64,000 nt of DNA from Orbicella franksi (lineage: Eukaryota): positions 29,760,001-29,824,000 of the forward strand of contig OZ116701.1 of the NCBI GenBank assembly GCA_964199315.1, written 5' to 3'. The notes under the pieces are model-generated. The model was given only the letters and a program-made list of their open reading frames with translations, ran no database searches and had not been told where the DNA came from. Position 1 is the first letter of the stretch. Every line of letters begins with the position of its first letter. The translations under genes were made by a program, and so were the position numbers. Positions 50,901-61,500 of the stretch are shown here, one piece after another.

Positions 50901-53900
50901 AATAGCGAATCGCTGGTTCTTGTCAGTCGGCGTCTCTTTGCTTCAAGAAATATTGCTTACAGGACCGATCATTATTCTTTTCAACACTTCAATCTTATCG
51001 TTGATAAACAGAAAACCAGCTGCAAACAATGACATCGAAAACACGGCACAGCAAGCAAACTTAGTGCACATGGTTCAAGAAGATTATGGGCAAGTGATCG
51101 GCCAAAAGCCTTCTACAGAAACGCTACTGAGAGCAAGAGGTTTAAAACTACAACAGAGAAAAATGCGGCGCTTCTTCGTAGATTTAATGCTCTACGTAGC
51201 CTTTGTTGTCCTACTGATGACGGTATGTTACGCAAACCGTAAACCATCCACTTATAGGCAGACAAAATCACTCAAGGATACATTCAGAGGATTTTCCCAG
51301 GTATCGTACCAAGACATATTTGGGGTTTTCACATTATTACATGTGTAATGTGTAAATATCTTTTTAGTTAATAATAAAGTACACAAGGTTTTTGTGCTGT
51401 AGTGCAGATCAGTGAAGCCCTTCTCTATGCTTTTGTTTAGCTAATATTTGCCGTTTGTTTGTATGTTTGTTTGTTTGTTCTTCCTGTCTCGTCAACTGAT
51501 CTGATACTTGTTTGTAGATCTGTTTGTCTCTCTATGGCACCGTCCACTCTAAGTTTTAGAAATTTGAACACGCAACAATCACTGGTCATCTTGGATTTGT
51601 GTTTGAGGAAAACTCGAGCAGGGAAATCACGTGATTATCGTGATGTCATCGTTTGCGAAAATTTCAATTTTCAAAATGTTTTCCGTCCACACTAAAACGC
51701 AAAGGTCGCGTTTTCAAATTCCTCCGGTTTGAAGAACGTTTCCGAAAAGTTCTGTTTTCGGGTCAGATTATCGTGGACAGTAGCCCTAACATTAGAAATA
51801 AAGCTACGTTCTCAAATTTCTCCCGCGTAGTGTGGACGGAGCCTGTCTGTTTGTTGTATGTTTGATTATTTGTTTTCTTTTTCTTTGTACTTGTCGGTGT
51901 TTTATGAACGCTAATGAGATTCAAATTCCTTACGATAAGCATCACAAAGTGTCCTCATTGGTAAAAAGTCACCAAAACACAAACAATTCTGTCAAATATG
52001 AAGTAATATGAAAATGTCAAATAATCCTGCCAAATATGAAGTACTAATTAAACAATACCTGCGTTCAACCCTGGACATAAGTGGGAAGGCTAGTTTATGA
52101 ATCTTGCGCCAAGATCTCTTTCCGGGTAATAAAATAAGTAAGCCCTAAGGAGTCTAAATTGTTATCATTTAAACCCAGGTAAAAGATGCCAAATCGTTTT
52201 GGGCCTGGTTTGAGGAAGAACTAGTTCATGGTCTTTACGACAAAGGGCAGTCAGCTGACGGAAACGAGACCGGGATGATAACTAGCAAAATTGGTTTCAT
52301 AGTCGGCCTGCCAAGGATTCGGCAAATGCGTATCAGGTAAGGTTAGGCTTCTTGTTTATTATAAACCGTAAAAACAAATACCATGAAAATCGTTAATGCC
52401 AAGTGTTGAAGCTAAACACTACAAGAAAATATGAATTTTGGAGATGAGCGTACGGAGTAAGTACCGAGGTCAATAAGGCGCACTGCAGAAAAATCATCAC
52501 TATTCATAGAATTTTTTCAATTTGACACAATGAGAAGCAAGTGCAGATCTCATCACCGTTAATTTGGTATATATTTACAATATTTAAGGCGACAGAGTGC
52601 CGGAGGTTGCACGGAAGGAGCCCTCGTATATTTGAAGCCTCGAAATAGTTTGAGCAAGATGAAACTCTGTAATATTCTCTTCTTAAATTTAGGATGCTCA
52701 AGAGCTTAAACTTATTCTGCAATTTTAGATAGCCATGGAAACACAGCTTTAATTTTAGCAGGGATATAAAATTAGAATTCGAGTCAGAGTTTTCTACGCG
52801 TCTATGGTCAACTCAGCTGCACCTCCTTGAGAATTTCTTCATAGAAAATGTTGGTCTCGTGGTCTTATTGTTGAAAAGTGCACGCTAAACGATTGCATGA
52901 CTTATAAGACTGATTACCATTTGTTATCACGTAAAAATTTTCCTGTCTCTCTTCACTGAGCTATTTGAGTATCAATGTTTCATTAGTGTATTAATATAAT
53001 ATGAGCAGCTAACTTGTAAATGGGAGTGTTATACTGCTCTTAATACACAGAATCCACGTGTGAGGTAATTCAAGTGGAACCCGTGTTACATACCCACTTC
53101 AACCAATGTCTTCCCGCGTTTTCCTCTTCAAATAAAGACACAACGCCATATTATCAACCCGGTTGGAAGCCAATAAAAACCTTAGCTGAGGTTCCATATC
53201 ACTTTCAAGATTCTTGCCCAGAACCGTGGCACTATGAAGAGCCAGTGAGCGTTAGCGAAGTTTTTCTTCCATATGGTGGCGGCGGCTACATTGCTAAGCT
53301 TGGCTACGACCCCTCCACTGCTTTAAGGGTCAAGCAAAGTATTGAAAAGAACGGCTGGATAGACGGGAAGTCAGCTGTGGTTATAGTCGAATTTGTAGTT
53401 TTAGAGCCCGCCAATTTGTTGCTTAGCAACGTCATGCTCATGTTGGAGAAGTATGATAGTGGTATGAGAAAGACAAGTATTAATGTTATTCCTGAGCTCC
53501 TATTTCACACGTCTGGCTCCGCTGTTCAGACATTCTATCGCGTCTGCATTCTCCTGTGGCTTATTATCATCTTGGTGTTACTGGTTATAGAGATTGTTAG
53601 ATGTTTCAAGCGGGGTCGTGCATATTTCAAGAGCTTCTTCAGCTGGGTTACCATGCTACAAATTTTGTCGTCTTCCTGCGCTGTGCTTATAGTCTTCGTG
53701 AAGGAGAATAGCCTGAAAGCTTTCTTACAACGAATACGCGATAATCCATTCGGTGACTGGACTGCATACCAATTTTTCGCGTGGTCAAGTTTCCAAGAAG
53801 TTATTTTGTCCATCACAGTTGTGACAACAACCATCAATTGTCTCAAACTCATACAGATTAATCGTCATGTACACGTTATGAAATGGACCCTACAGTCAGC

Positions 53901-54912
53901 TTGTCGTTACCTGTGCTCATTCGCTATTGTTATTATGATGCTTGTTCTTGCATTTGCCCAGCTCGGGACGCTTCTGTTTGGTGCAGAAGATGGGGAATAT
54001 GCAACGTTTTATTACTCTCTCCGCACGGTACTTAAAATGGGTATTGGAATCGGTAAGATACAGTTTTCAAAGATGAATGGAAGTGTTGAATCCGAAGTGT
54101 TTGCCCCCATTTTTCTGATGGCATGCATGTTAAGCATGACTATCGTCTTTGCAAACACTTTTATTGCAATTTTGGATGACGCGTTCCATGAGGCCAGCGG
54201 CAGAGAGTATCCAGGGGATGAGCTTGGTGCCTACATGAAAAGCTATTTGGTAAACCGTGTCAGGAGAGCAAGCACTATGCCTGTCAACAGAGCTTTCAGA
54301 AAATCTACGTTTCGAAAAACCATTCGCAGAAAATACACACCGCAACCTCCAAAACGTGAATTACAGCAAACAATGGAAGATCATGCTGCTCCACAAGAAG
54401 AAAGAGCCAAGCTAGCAGAAACTGAAAGTCTTTTGAGCTACGAAAGTCTATGCCCTCAAACAGATTTTGAAAGAATACCTTGCATCCAGATAAATCCAGC
54501 AAGTCCTACCAATAGGAGAAATGAAAACAAAAAAATTAAAGTTTTGAACACCAGCTGTGCACAAGCAAAGATGAACGCCTCTTTTAAGCCTCCGCCAACC
54601 GATGAGGAACTACTCTCCGATATCGCGAAGATCATGAAAACCGTTCGGTCGGATTTCACAAGATGTTTGTGGGAAGGTGAAGAGTGGTACAATTCTCGCT
54701 CCTCTTTCTCGTCATTTGACGACAGTTTTGCAGGCCTGGATAAGTCCGCGTCCATTCTTTCTTTGATTCAAACTTGTCAAGAGGACGCTCCCCACATTCA
54801 GACGTGGAGCTACGTTCGTGGCATGGAGAGGGTTCAAGGAGGGTCTATTCGTCGAACGCTGAGGAGCCATACCCAGAGTTACACTAAGGTTTTGGCAGAG
54901 AATTACGTATGA
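35891..54912 (+). CDS. PKD1L2: Gene C: polycystin-1-like paralog (PKD1L2-like), 16 exons; carries an apparent nonsense lesion at 52338-52340 (2211 aa if intact, about 1590 aa as sequenced)
   Basis: Exons 35891-35972, 36765-37081, 37814-37955, 38268-38377, 39369-39427, 42301-42476, 43199-43941, 45060-45197, 46045-46170, 46535-46726, 47067-47309, 47804-48544, 49199-49423, 49984-51300, 52179-52341, 53051-54912. Total 6636 nt, phase-consistent; the only stop found is the TAA at 52338. The 46726 donor and 47067 acceptor are less certain. Confidence 0.85.
36765..37955 (+). CDS. Gene C F5/8 type C (discoidin) domain, exons 36765-37081 and 37814-37955
   Basis: DCHNPLGMENGDIPDS..VTGIATQG..W / EFGGNIDGHT..LRFELYGC; second exon 142 nt as in gene B. 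Confidence 0.9.
37461..37506. repeat. Perfect 23-bp tandem duplication
   Basis: ttttaagttgtaaaatgaaagtg x2. Confidence 0.85.
38268..42476 (+). CDS. Gene C SEA-like domain, exons 38268-38377, 39369-39427, 42301-42476
   Basis: NYFNVWLKVRNTNFLLSYMNPNDEETREI..YLKDVPGFLSVKLHKF..VSVTAELEIYC. Confidence 0.7.
39890..40145. repeat. Degenerate interspersed repeat
   Basis: caaacac/gtgtttg inverted cores and atcttctcaatcgaaactaaa..taattaagatcagatatccaaa; recognised from memory as a common coral repeat, not searched. Confidence 0.4.
40842..40978. mobile_element. Short TTAA-flanked MITE
   Basis: TTAA|ggttggtttccacatgatc ... gatgatatgaaaaccggcc|TTAA. Confidence 0.7.
41100..41442. mobile_element. MITE with imperfect TIRs of about 60 bp
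   Basis: aatggaccttttcggcg..gccattttgaattctattatttcaaata / tatttgaaacaacagaattcaaaatggccgccgaaaacgtccatt. Confidence 0.75.
41498..42010 (-). mobile_element. Interspersed repeat with GC hairpin near one end and internal (CGTA/CGTC)n microsatellite (Helentron/DINE-like layout)
   Basis: Hairpin gcgcaccgaaggcgcgc at about 41517-41534, microsatellite at 41604-41632; class assignment and far boundary are inference. Confidence 0.45.
42515..42784. mobile_element. Degenerate MITE
   Basis: ggtttttaattgagtg at left, cagtgagctgaaaaccgctct at right (imperfect TIR; right end resembles the 8911 element terminus). Confidence 0.55.
43199..43941 (+). CDS. Gene C single, internally shortened REJ exon
   Basis: The N half aligns to gene B exon 22517-, the C half to the end of gene B exon 24260-24875. 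Confidence 0.82.
44549..44948. mobile_element. MITE with cgggg..tactc / gagtac..ccccg termini
   Basis: cgggggacgatactctc at left, gggagtacctccccggg at right; internal accct.tttatgac repeats. Confidence 0.65.
45060..47309 (+). CDS. Gene C helical post-REJ / GAIN A exons 45060-45197, 46045-46170, 46535-46726, 47067-47309
   Basis: Phase-0 open exons that parallel the four gene B exons. Confidence 0.68.
45698..45965 (+). mobile_element. tRNA-derived SINE (Deu/Nin-domain-like core), degenerate
   Basis: tRNA-like head (ggcctaaaggttagtg..gggtttaagc), core acactttactatcaaagtgcctttctcc, tail atggactagcgtccc..gaaaccggggtaagctcc; homologous to the copy at 63722-63963. Confidence 0.75.
47560..47632. 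repeat. AT-rich tandem repeats
   Basis: (aataatataaataatgatt)x2 followed by TAAA and TAA runs. Confidence 0.7.
47804..48544 (+). CDS. Gene C exon: GAIN B and first half of GPS (no furin cassette, GPS Cys2 replaced by Ile)
   Basis: Acceptor tttcag|ATC; ORF 47906..48685; donor CAG|gttagt. Confidence 0.9.
49199..49423 (+). CDS. Gene C exon: GPS (HL/S) and TM1
   Basis: VATESNETRVHCLTNHLSTFSGDFYVVPNK; 225 nt. Confidence 0.9.
49984..51300 (+). CDS. Gene C exon: PLAT and TM2-TM6
   Basis: ORF 49987..51348; donor CAG|gtatcg. Confidence 0.92.
51535..51844. mobile_element. MITE with cgtccac termini
   Basis: ggcaccgtccactcta at left, tagtgtggacggagcc at right; internal ccgtccacact and ttttcaaa repeats. 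Confidence 0.7.
52179..52341 (+). CDS. Gene C TOP-start exon containing in-frame TAA (52338-52340)
   Basis: VKDAKSFWAWFEEELVHGLY..GLPRIRQMRIR*; phase-1 donor G|gttagg at 52341/52342 is homologous to gene D G|gttaga. Confidence 0.82.
53051..54912 (+). CDS. Gene C last exon: TOP, S2-S6 channel, tail (frame open)
   Basis: Acceptor acacag|AA (phase 1); ORF 53074..54912. Confidence 0.9.
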
Positions 54913-55071
54913 TTAATCCGTAACGAACTATTATATACTTACCCTAATACATAGATTTTGAATTAGTTAAGTGCTGTTGAAAAAAATACTTCTTACAGTT
55001 GAAATCACGTATACAGAAAGCAATCGAGCTCACTGACAACAAGCCAACGATGAAAGTTACGCGCGAGTTGG

Positions 55072-55077
55072 AATAAA
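55072..55077 (+). promoter_or_regulatory. Candidate polyadenylation signal of gene C
   Basis: AATAAA 160 nt after the stop codon; supported by position only. Confidence 0.4.
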
Positions 55078-55225
55078 TTTGACATGTTATTTTAACCTCA
55101 ACAACATGATATTAAGTGTAAATTCTGGGATGCTGTTAGTGAGTCCATATGAGTCAATACGTGGCTGTGTAGCCGCGCGATGCGGTTCAAGTCGATACCC
55201 ACAATTTGACCCTTGCTCAACATAG

Positions 55226-55316
55226 AGTCTCCGGTAGCTCAGTGGTTAGAGCATCCGACTAGATCACTGAGGGTCGTGGGCTCAAATCCGATGATCTGGG
55301 ACTCGGATTTTTTTTC
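55226..55316 (+). mobile_element. tRNA-derived short SINE or tRNA-like Pol III unit
   Basis: A box TAGCTCAGTGG (55235-55245), B-box-like GGCTCAAATCC (55279-55289), then a run of 8 T; I could not fold a proper anticodon or acceptor stem. Confidence 0.65.
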
Positions 55317-56875
55317 GAGTATACGTTTCTCCCAGAATTTGCACTAAATATTTTAACCTCCGTTGCATTATTTCTGTTCGGGACACGCTGCTGGTTGTTC
55401 TTGACAGAAAATAATGAGCGATTAAGTTCATATGCCTGCACCTCCGAATGGCCAGGAAGGTCAACCAATAATAGCTTGCGAAGACTGCACGGGACCGAGC
55501 TAGCTGGAGTAGTAATGTGGGGGCCTTATCCGTTGCATGGCAACAGATATGGATAGATGATGACGGGAAAAGATCAACAAACCAACAATATTTTCCTCGA
55601 TTGATTCATATATATGTTATAGTCTGACGAAATCCTCCTGTACTCGGTAAACGCATGGAGTTGAAATAATATTTATTCAAGCTAAATTCAAGCATAAAAA
55701 GTGAGATGTTGAGAGATTAACTGACCGTCCCGTTGTGGAAGGGGTAAGAGCAATTACTTATTTTGCCGTGCCGTAGATACAATATAAAGTTTAATGTCGT
55801 GTGGAAAAAAAATTGAAAGTTCGCTGATTTGGAATAAGATTTTAGCACGGTTTAATGTTTGCCGACCTGCAGTAATTTTGGTCATGTGAAGTAGGCAGCA
55901 GAACTGCAGATCACGGCTGCCGACTTTGTTTGAAGGATATTAGACCTGAAAACCATTTAGGCATTTGCTTTCGTTGACTGCTCTGTTGATACACGTCTCT
56001 GTTAGAATAGCGTCTGTAACCACCTTTTTTCGAATTTCAATCCTTCCTGTGTCATTTTTACATGTAAAGGTAAAGAGGCACCATCAATAGCAGTGGAAAC
56101 CAGCAAAATGACAAAGGATTTTTACAAATAAGCATTGTTTTCGTTCAGTAACATTTGCATAAAACTCTGTTAAATTAATCAGTGACATCATTAACATGTC
56201 TCTAAAAGTAGATATTAATAACATATTTGTAACAATACTAACTGAACGAAGGTATTGTCCTAAATCAGAGAAATAATTAAAACTAATTTCAATGTACTTT
56301 AAAACATTTTATTGTCCTTTTTCTCTTACATTAGAATATATTACCTCAAGGTCGAAAAACTAGGCAAACAACTCAAAAGTAGTTTAGTGTAACTACAGTA
56401 ATCAGACTCAAACATAAAGACACTAACTCTTTTTGCTTTATACTAAGAGATTTTTTAAAAATAATTATAATCTGCAGTACCAAAATCTGCACGTATTGAT
56501 GCCGCCATTACATTGGGTCCAAATTCCATTAAAAAGATCTAATTTTACTGAGAGACACCCGCCTATAAACGGACAGTTTGGGTTTTCTTTTGAAATAGAA
56601 AACTGACCTTAGTAGCCCCAGATATTAAAATATTTTTATGTTTAGAAACAATTTTTGGATAACGGAACGCAGCGGAATTGGGCTTTAGGTGGGTAGAAAC
56701 CGCCAATCTACTTATGGAGTAGGTAACAATACAGTAACCAACTTGAAAATGTTAGCCACTCTTAACTCTGTACAGTGCCAATTTTTTTTTCGCTAACTGT
56801 CTTTGAAATGTTCTCTTGCATTATATTTCAATGCAAATAGATAGAAATAACAAAAACAAACATGAACAAAGGGCT

Positions 56876-58596
56876 CTATACTTTTAGAGGCCCTTCCACC
56901 AGATCATCTATATCATCTTCCGAGGAGTCGGATTCTATCCTGTTGAGGCTGAACAAGCTCTGCATTTGATTACTTTCCTTACCGTAGCTCCACTCGCTTC
57001 TCAGTGAACTGATTTCATCCCTATCATCGTCGCTGTAGCTCAGACTTCCCGAGCTCCACTGATTTTTGGTGAGGAAGAAAGAAGTTCCTATTTGGAACAG
57101 AGTTTTCCTCACGTCTTTCAGGGAAGAGTATTCGTCCGCTAAATAAATGTCATCGAATTCTTCAATAGTTGCCTCTTCGAACTGGATTTCTTCCGCAGAA
57201 AGACATCGGCACTCTTCGGTTGACTTGAGTTCATCATACGTCGTGCGTAAGAATTCATCTGCATCTTCTAAAGCGTTCATTCTAGGAACGCTAAAGTATT
57301 TTGCATTTTTTCTCTTTAAGTGCGGTTTTTCTACTTTGTTTCTCCTTTTGAGGGATGTTTTTTTGTCGCGCCAAAACGTTTGGAGTTTTTCGATGAAATA
57401 TCGCCACGCAAAGTGAGCCAGCTCAACATTAGGAAATCGGCCTTGCTTGATTCGCCTTATCTCGCTGTAAGAGCTATAAAGAATACTTAAAAACATGCTG
57501 ATCAGTATCATTCCGATTGAGAACGAGTATGCTAATGTAAACAATTGACCCATGATGTCATTCACTGCCTTTAGCTCTTTTGTGTACATATTATTACCCA
57601 GAAGCCTTTCTAGAAGCATCCTCAGTGACTGCGTCATGTTTGAGTATGACGACACATTGCTTCCGAATAGAAGAGTTCCAAGCTGTGTGTAGGCCACGAG
57701 TGTAGCTGTGAAAACCAAAGAGTAAGAAACGAGATGCCTGACAGCTGATTTCACCGTGTACGTCAAGTGGCAGATGTGATCGTTGAATTTTAGCAATCTC
57801 AGCATTTTTATTGTCACGAGAAAAGCCACTAAAGACAGCAACCATATTTCGAGATCGCACCACTGGACGATGTAGTCTGAGCTTGACGTGTCGAAGGGGT
57901 TTTTTCTGACTCTTCGCACAAAATCACTAGTGTATTTTGCCTTGAAGAAGTACGAAACAATCGCGGCCACAGCACTGCTAATTTGGAGAATATCCACCAA
58001 GTTCCAGAAGTGAGTGAAATATCTACATCCTTGGAAATAAAGTTTTACAGTCTCCATGACGAATAACCCGAATATCAAGAAAATAAAGAGAAGTTGACAA
58101 GCTAGATAGAAAGACCTATAACTGGGATCTGTCGGGTAATAAATCATCAGGGTCTCAATTGTGCCAGTTGTTTTGGTTCCTCCCGTTGGGTACCTCTCAT
58201 AGAGGTACTTTCCTGTGCTGAAGAGTGTGCTTGAAGGTTCGTACACGGTGAACTCGATAAACACGGCGAAAGTTCTATCATCAATCCAGCTATTGTTTTC
58301 CAGATCGTGTATTACTTCCAGTGCTGATTCAGCGTTATATCCAAGATCAGCAACATAACCTCCGCCGTCATAGATGGCGTGATAACCGTGAAATGAAAGC
58401 GTTTCTAAAGAATCTGCGGTGCGGTACCTCCAAGGCTTCGGACACAAATCATCTAGCTTAAATGAGACCTCGAATTCGGTGATGTTGGCGACGGGTGTCC
58501 AGTCACGAAGGCTGTAGGCGGTCCTATCTTCAGATCGGAAACTATAATATGGTAAGCATCGCTTCACTACCACGTAATCTTCAACTTGACATGCAT
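56876..58596 (-). CDS. Gene D last exon: TOP, S2-S6 channel, tail
   Basis: Acceptor ctttgtag|AT; ORF 56876..58705. Confidence 0.93.
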
Positions 58597-61500
58597 CTAC
58601 AAAGCAAGAATTATATGTTAAGGCGGTTTTGGGGATTATTAAGACAGGAGAGCTTATTAATACTGACAAATAAAACGGCGTGTATGTCATTAACAAGCAA
58701 CGCAACAGGGAACAACAACGTGATTTAAAAATATATGCACGAGAGGCTTAGAAAATTAATTTGTACGGAAGGGAATTCTAACCAAAAATTATACGGAAAA
58801 AGGGGCGGGGAAAGGGTTACAAGTAGGAACGCGGGGGGAGGCTTGGCTAAAAACGGATCGTGAAGGTTATTTAATGAAGGTTTCCTCGAACGAAATGGCT
58901 TATATGAAAGGGTTGCTAATCACTGAGAACAGGGTTACATCTGGTTTAAAAGAGATATTATTTTCAATCTGTTAATTCCAACGATATTCCCACTATTTGC
59001 ATACAAAGGTCTTATTTGTCAAGGCTAAAAAGTAGACAAATGGGGTTACTAGTTACGTTGTATTACCAAACTAAAGACATCATAACCACACTTTCGGGGA
59101 ACTTGTTTTCATGCTCGAAGTTAGGCACTGCATGTTTCTATTATATATGTTTGGAAATGTCCATATTACGCATGATTCACAGTCTAACCTGGCTGTACTC
59201 TGATCTGTCTGAGTCTGGGCATGCCCACGAGAAAGGGATATCCACTACTTATGAACCCTTCCTCTAGATTGACTTGCTGTCCATTGTACCATTCAGAGAG
59301 AAAGAGGCCTGGTACGAGCTTTTGCCGGGTCCAATTCCAAAAAGTTGCGGTGCTGTTGACTCGCTGTGCGATAAAAACAGCACAACATTGATATGAGAAT
59401 ATTATTGCAAGAACCAGGAGGATTGATGTGGCAGTTCTAAGAGTAAGATATTGCACCCAAAAATATCTTATTGAACGTTTGAGTCACCCAAATTATGATA
59501 GTTACTCGGCAGACTTACTGGCTACCGACCGACTGGCTAACCAGCTGAGGTACTGATCCCTACGCCTGGCATACTAACTGACTGGCCGAGATATTGACTG
59601 ACGTACTGGTCGACCGACTGACTGACTTGCCCATCGATCAACCGACCGACCGAGCGGTCGACCGACTGACAGACCGACCGACTGAGTGACCGACCAACTT
59701 ACTGACCAAAAGACCGACGGACTGACTGACCTACTTACTGACTGACTGAGTGACGGACCGACCAACCGACTGAAAAACCGACCACCTGACTGAGTGACGG
59801 ACTGACTTCCCGACCGAGCGACTGAGCGACCGATTAACCAACTGACCGATTTATCGACTGACTGACTGACTGAATTAATGACTGACAGACCGACTGACGA
59901 CTGACTGGCCGATCGACTGACTGATGGAATATCTGACTAACTGACTGACTGACTGATTGACTGACTGACGGAATGAATGAATGAATGAATGAATGAATGA
60001 ATGAATGAATGAATGAATGAATTAATTAATTAATTAATGAACGAATGAATGAATGAATGGATGGGTAAATAATGAATAAATGAATGACCGACCGACCGAC
60101 CTATTGACCAACTGACAGCCTAAATGACTGACCGACCTACAGACTGGTCAACTAATCAGCCGACCGATTGACTGTTGACTGACTGATAACAGGCTGGCAG
60201 CTGGCTGGTTGAATCGGCTGGTTCAATTGAACACCTACCTTATCAAATTTAACAAAAATATCCTTAAGTGATTTAGTAAGCTGGTATCTTGAGGTCTCCC
60301 TGTTTCCATAGCACACAACGAACAGTAACAGGACAAAAAACAAGAACAAGCTAATCTCCAAGATAGCGCGAAACATCTTTTGAAGTTTCGTCCTGAAAAT
60401 TCGCGACTTTTTTAACACAGTCTCCTCTGGCGGTTGTACTTTATAATCTTCCTCGCACGGGTTCTTTTTACGAGGCAAACCATGCACTGGATCGTGTTTC
60501 ACTGGTTTTCTAATCAATATTGACAGCAAAGAAGCAATTAGAACAACTTGAATGGGCTGCAAGATAATGACGTCTTGGAAGAAAGAGACGAGAATGGAAG
60601 TGAGCCACTCGTTGGAGATCTTGGCTCCCCAAGATAAGCTATAGAGCACAGTGAAGAACGCTGAAGAAAGAATTGCAAGAATACACATAATCCACGCTAT
60701 ATAAACAAAAAAATGAGGGAGACCCTTTGATAAATTTTCCTCTTCGTTATCGTTGTCTCCATGAGGCTTGTTCTTTGGTTTCACGTTTCTAAAAACAGTT
60801 ACAATAAATACATTCACTGGCAGCGCAATCATAGCGCTTTGGATTCCAATTTTCACTTGCGTCCAACTCATAGTCAATGGACCAAGTTGAAAAGTATCTT
60901 CGGCTTCCTCGCCAAAGTCGTAGAACATAGCGTTGGTAATCATAGCTAGGAAAAACACCGATATGCAACACGAGAAACGCTGCGTTCGAGTAAACAAGCT
61001 TTGTGGTGGTCTAGTAAGTACCGATATCCACAAATGTCCGTCGGCCAATCGTTTTGAAACCCTTGAAGAGAGGAGGCTTTTAAAGTTAGACGTTTCCTCT
61101 TTATTTGAAGTTTTCAGCAGAATTTCGACTTCTCCTCGACCCTTTTCAACCGCCAACCATCTGTTCGCGAGAAAGTGCCACTGCTCTTGCGTATCCATCT
61201 CTGTTATCACAAAGTCTCTCAAGAACCATCCAGGACTCTCCCCGCTGTTGTCGTGCCACACCTTAATTTTGTAGAGAGGTCCCAGGCGCCTAGGCAGAGA
61301 CACGGTAAATGTATTCACACTCGCTCGAGCAAAGAACATCTTTTTGCAAGCGGAGTCGTTAAGTATGATCTGGTCACTGTAACAGTCCTCGCCATAGATG
61401 ATTATTCCAACGTTAGCTGTGGTGCCGCTTCCCAACCATATTCCCGTCTGAATGGAGATGCGATAATGGTGTTGTCCTTCCTCCAAGCTATCGAGGAGAT

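Noticed and set aside
55226-55300. Functional tRNA gene
   Set aside because: A and B boxes are present but the anticodon and acceptor stems do not pair; treated as a SINE head
57147-57416. Antisense ORFs opposite channel and PLAT exons (57147..57416, 50037..50426, 60933..61274, 48265..48648, 32689..33036)
   Set aside because: Shadow ORFs expected opposite long coding exons; no independent motifs
58801-58840. G-rich run that could form a G-quadruplex in a gene D intron
   Set aside because: One long loop, a single instance, no counterpart in paralogs
59574-59765. Ser/Val-rich ORF 59574..59765 and the N-terminus of ORF 62685..63665 (TNER repeats)
   Set aside because: Translations of microsatellites inside introns
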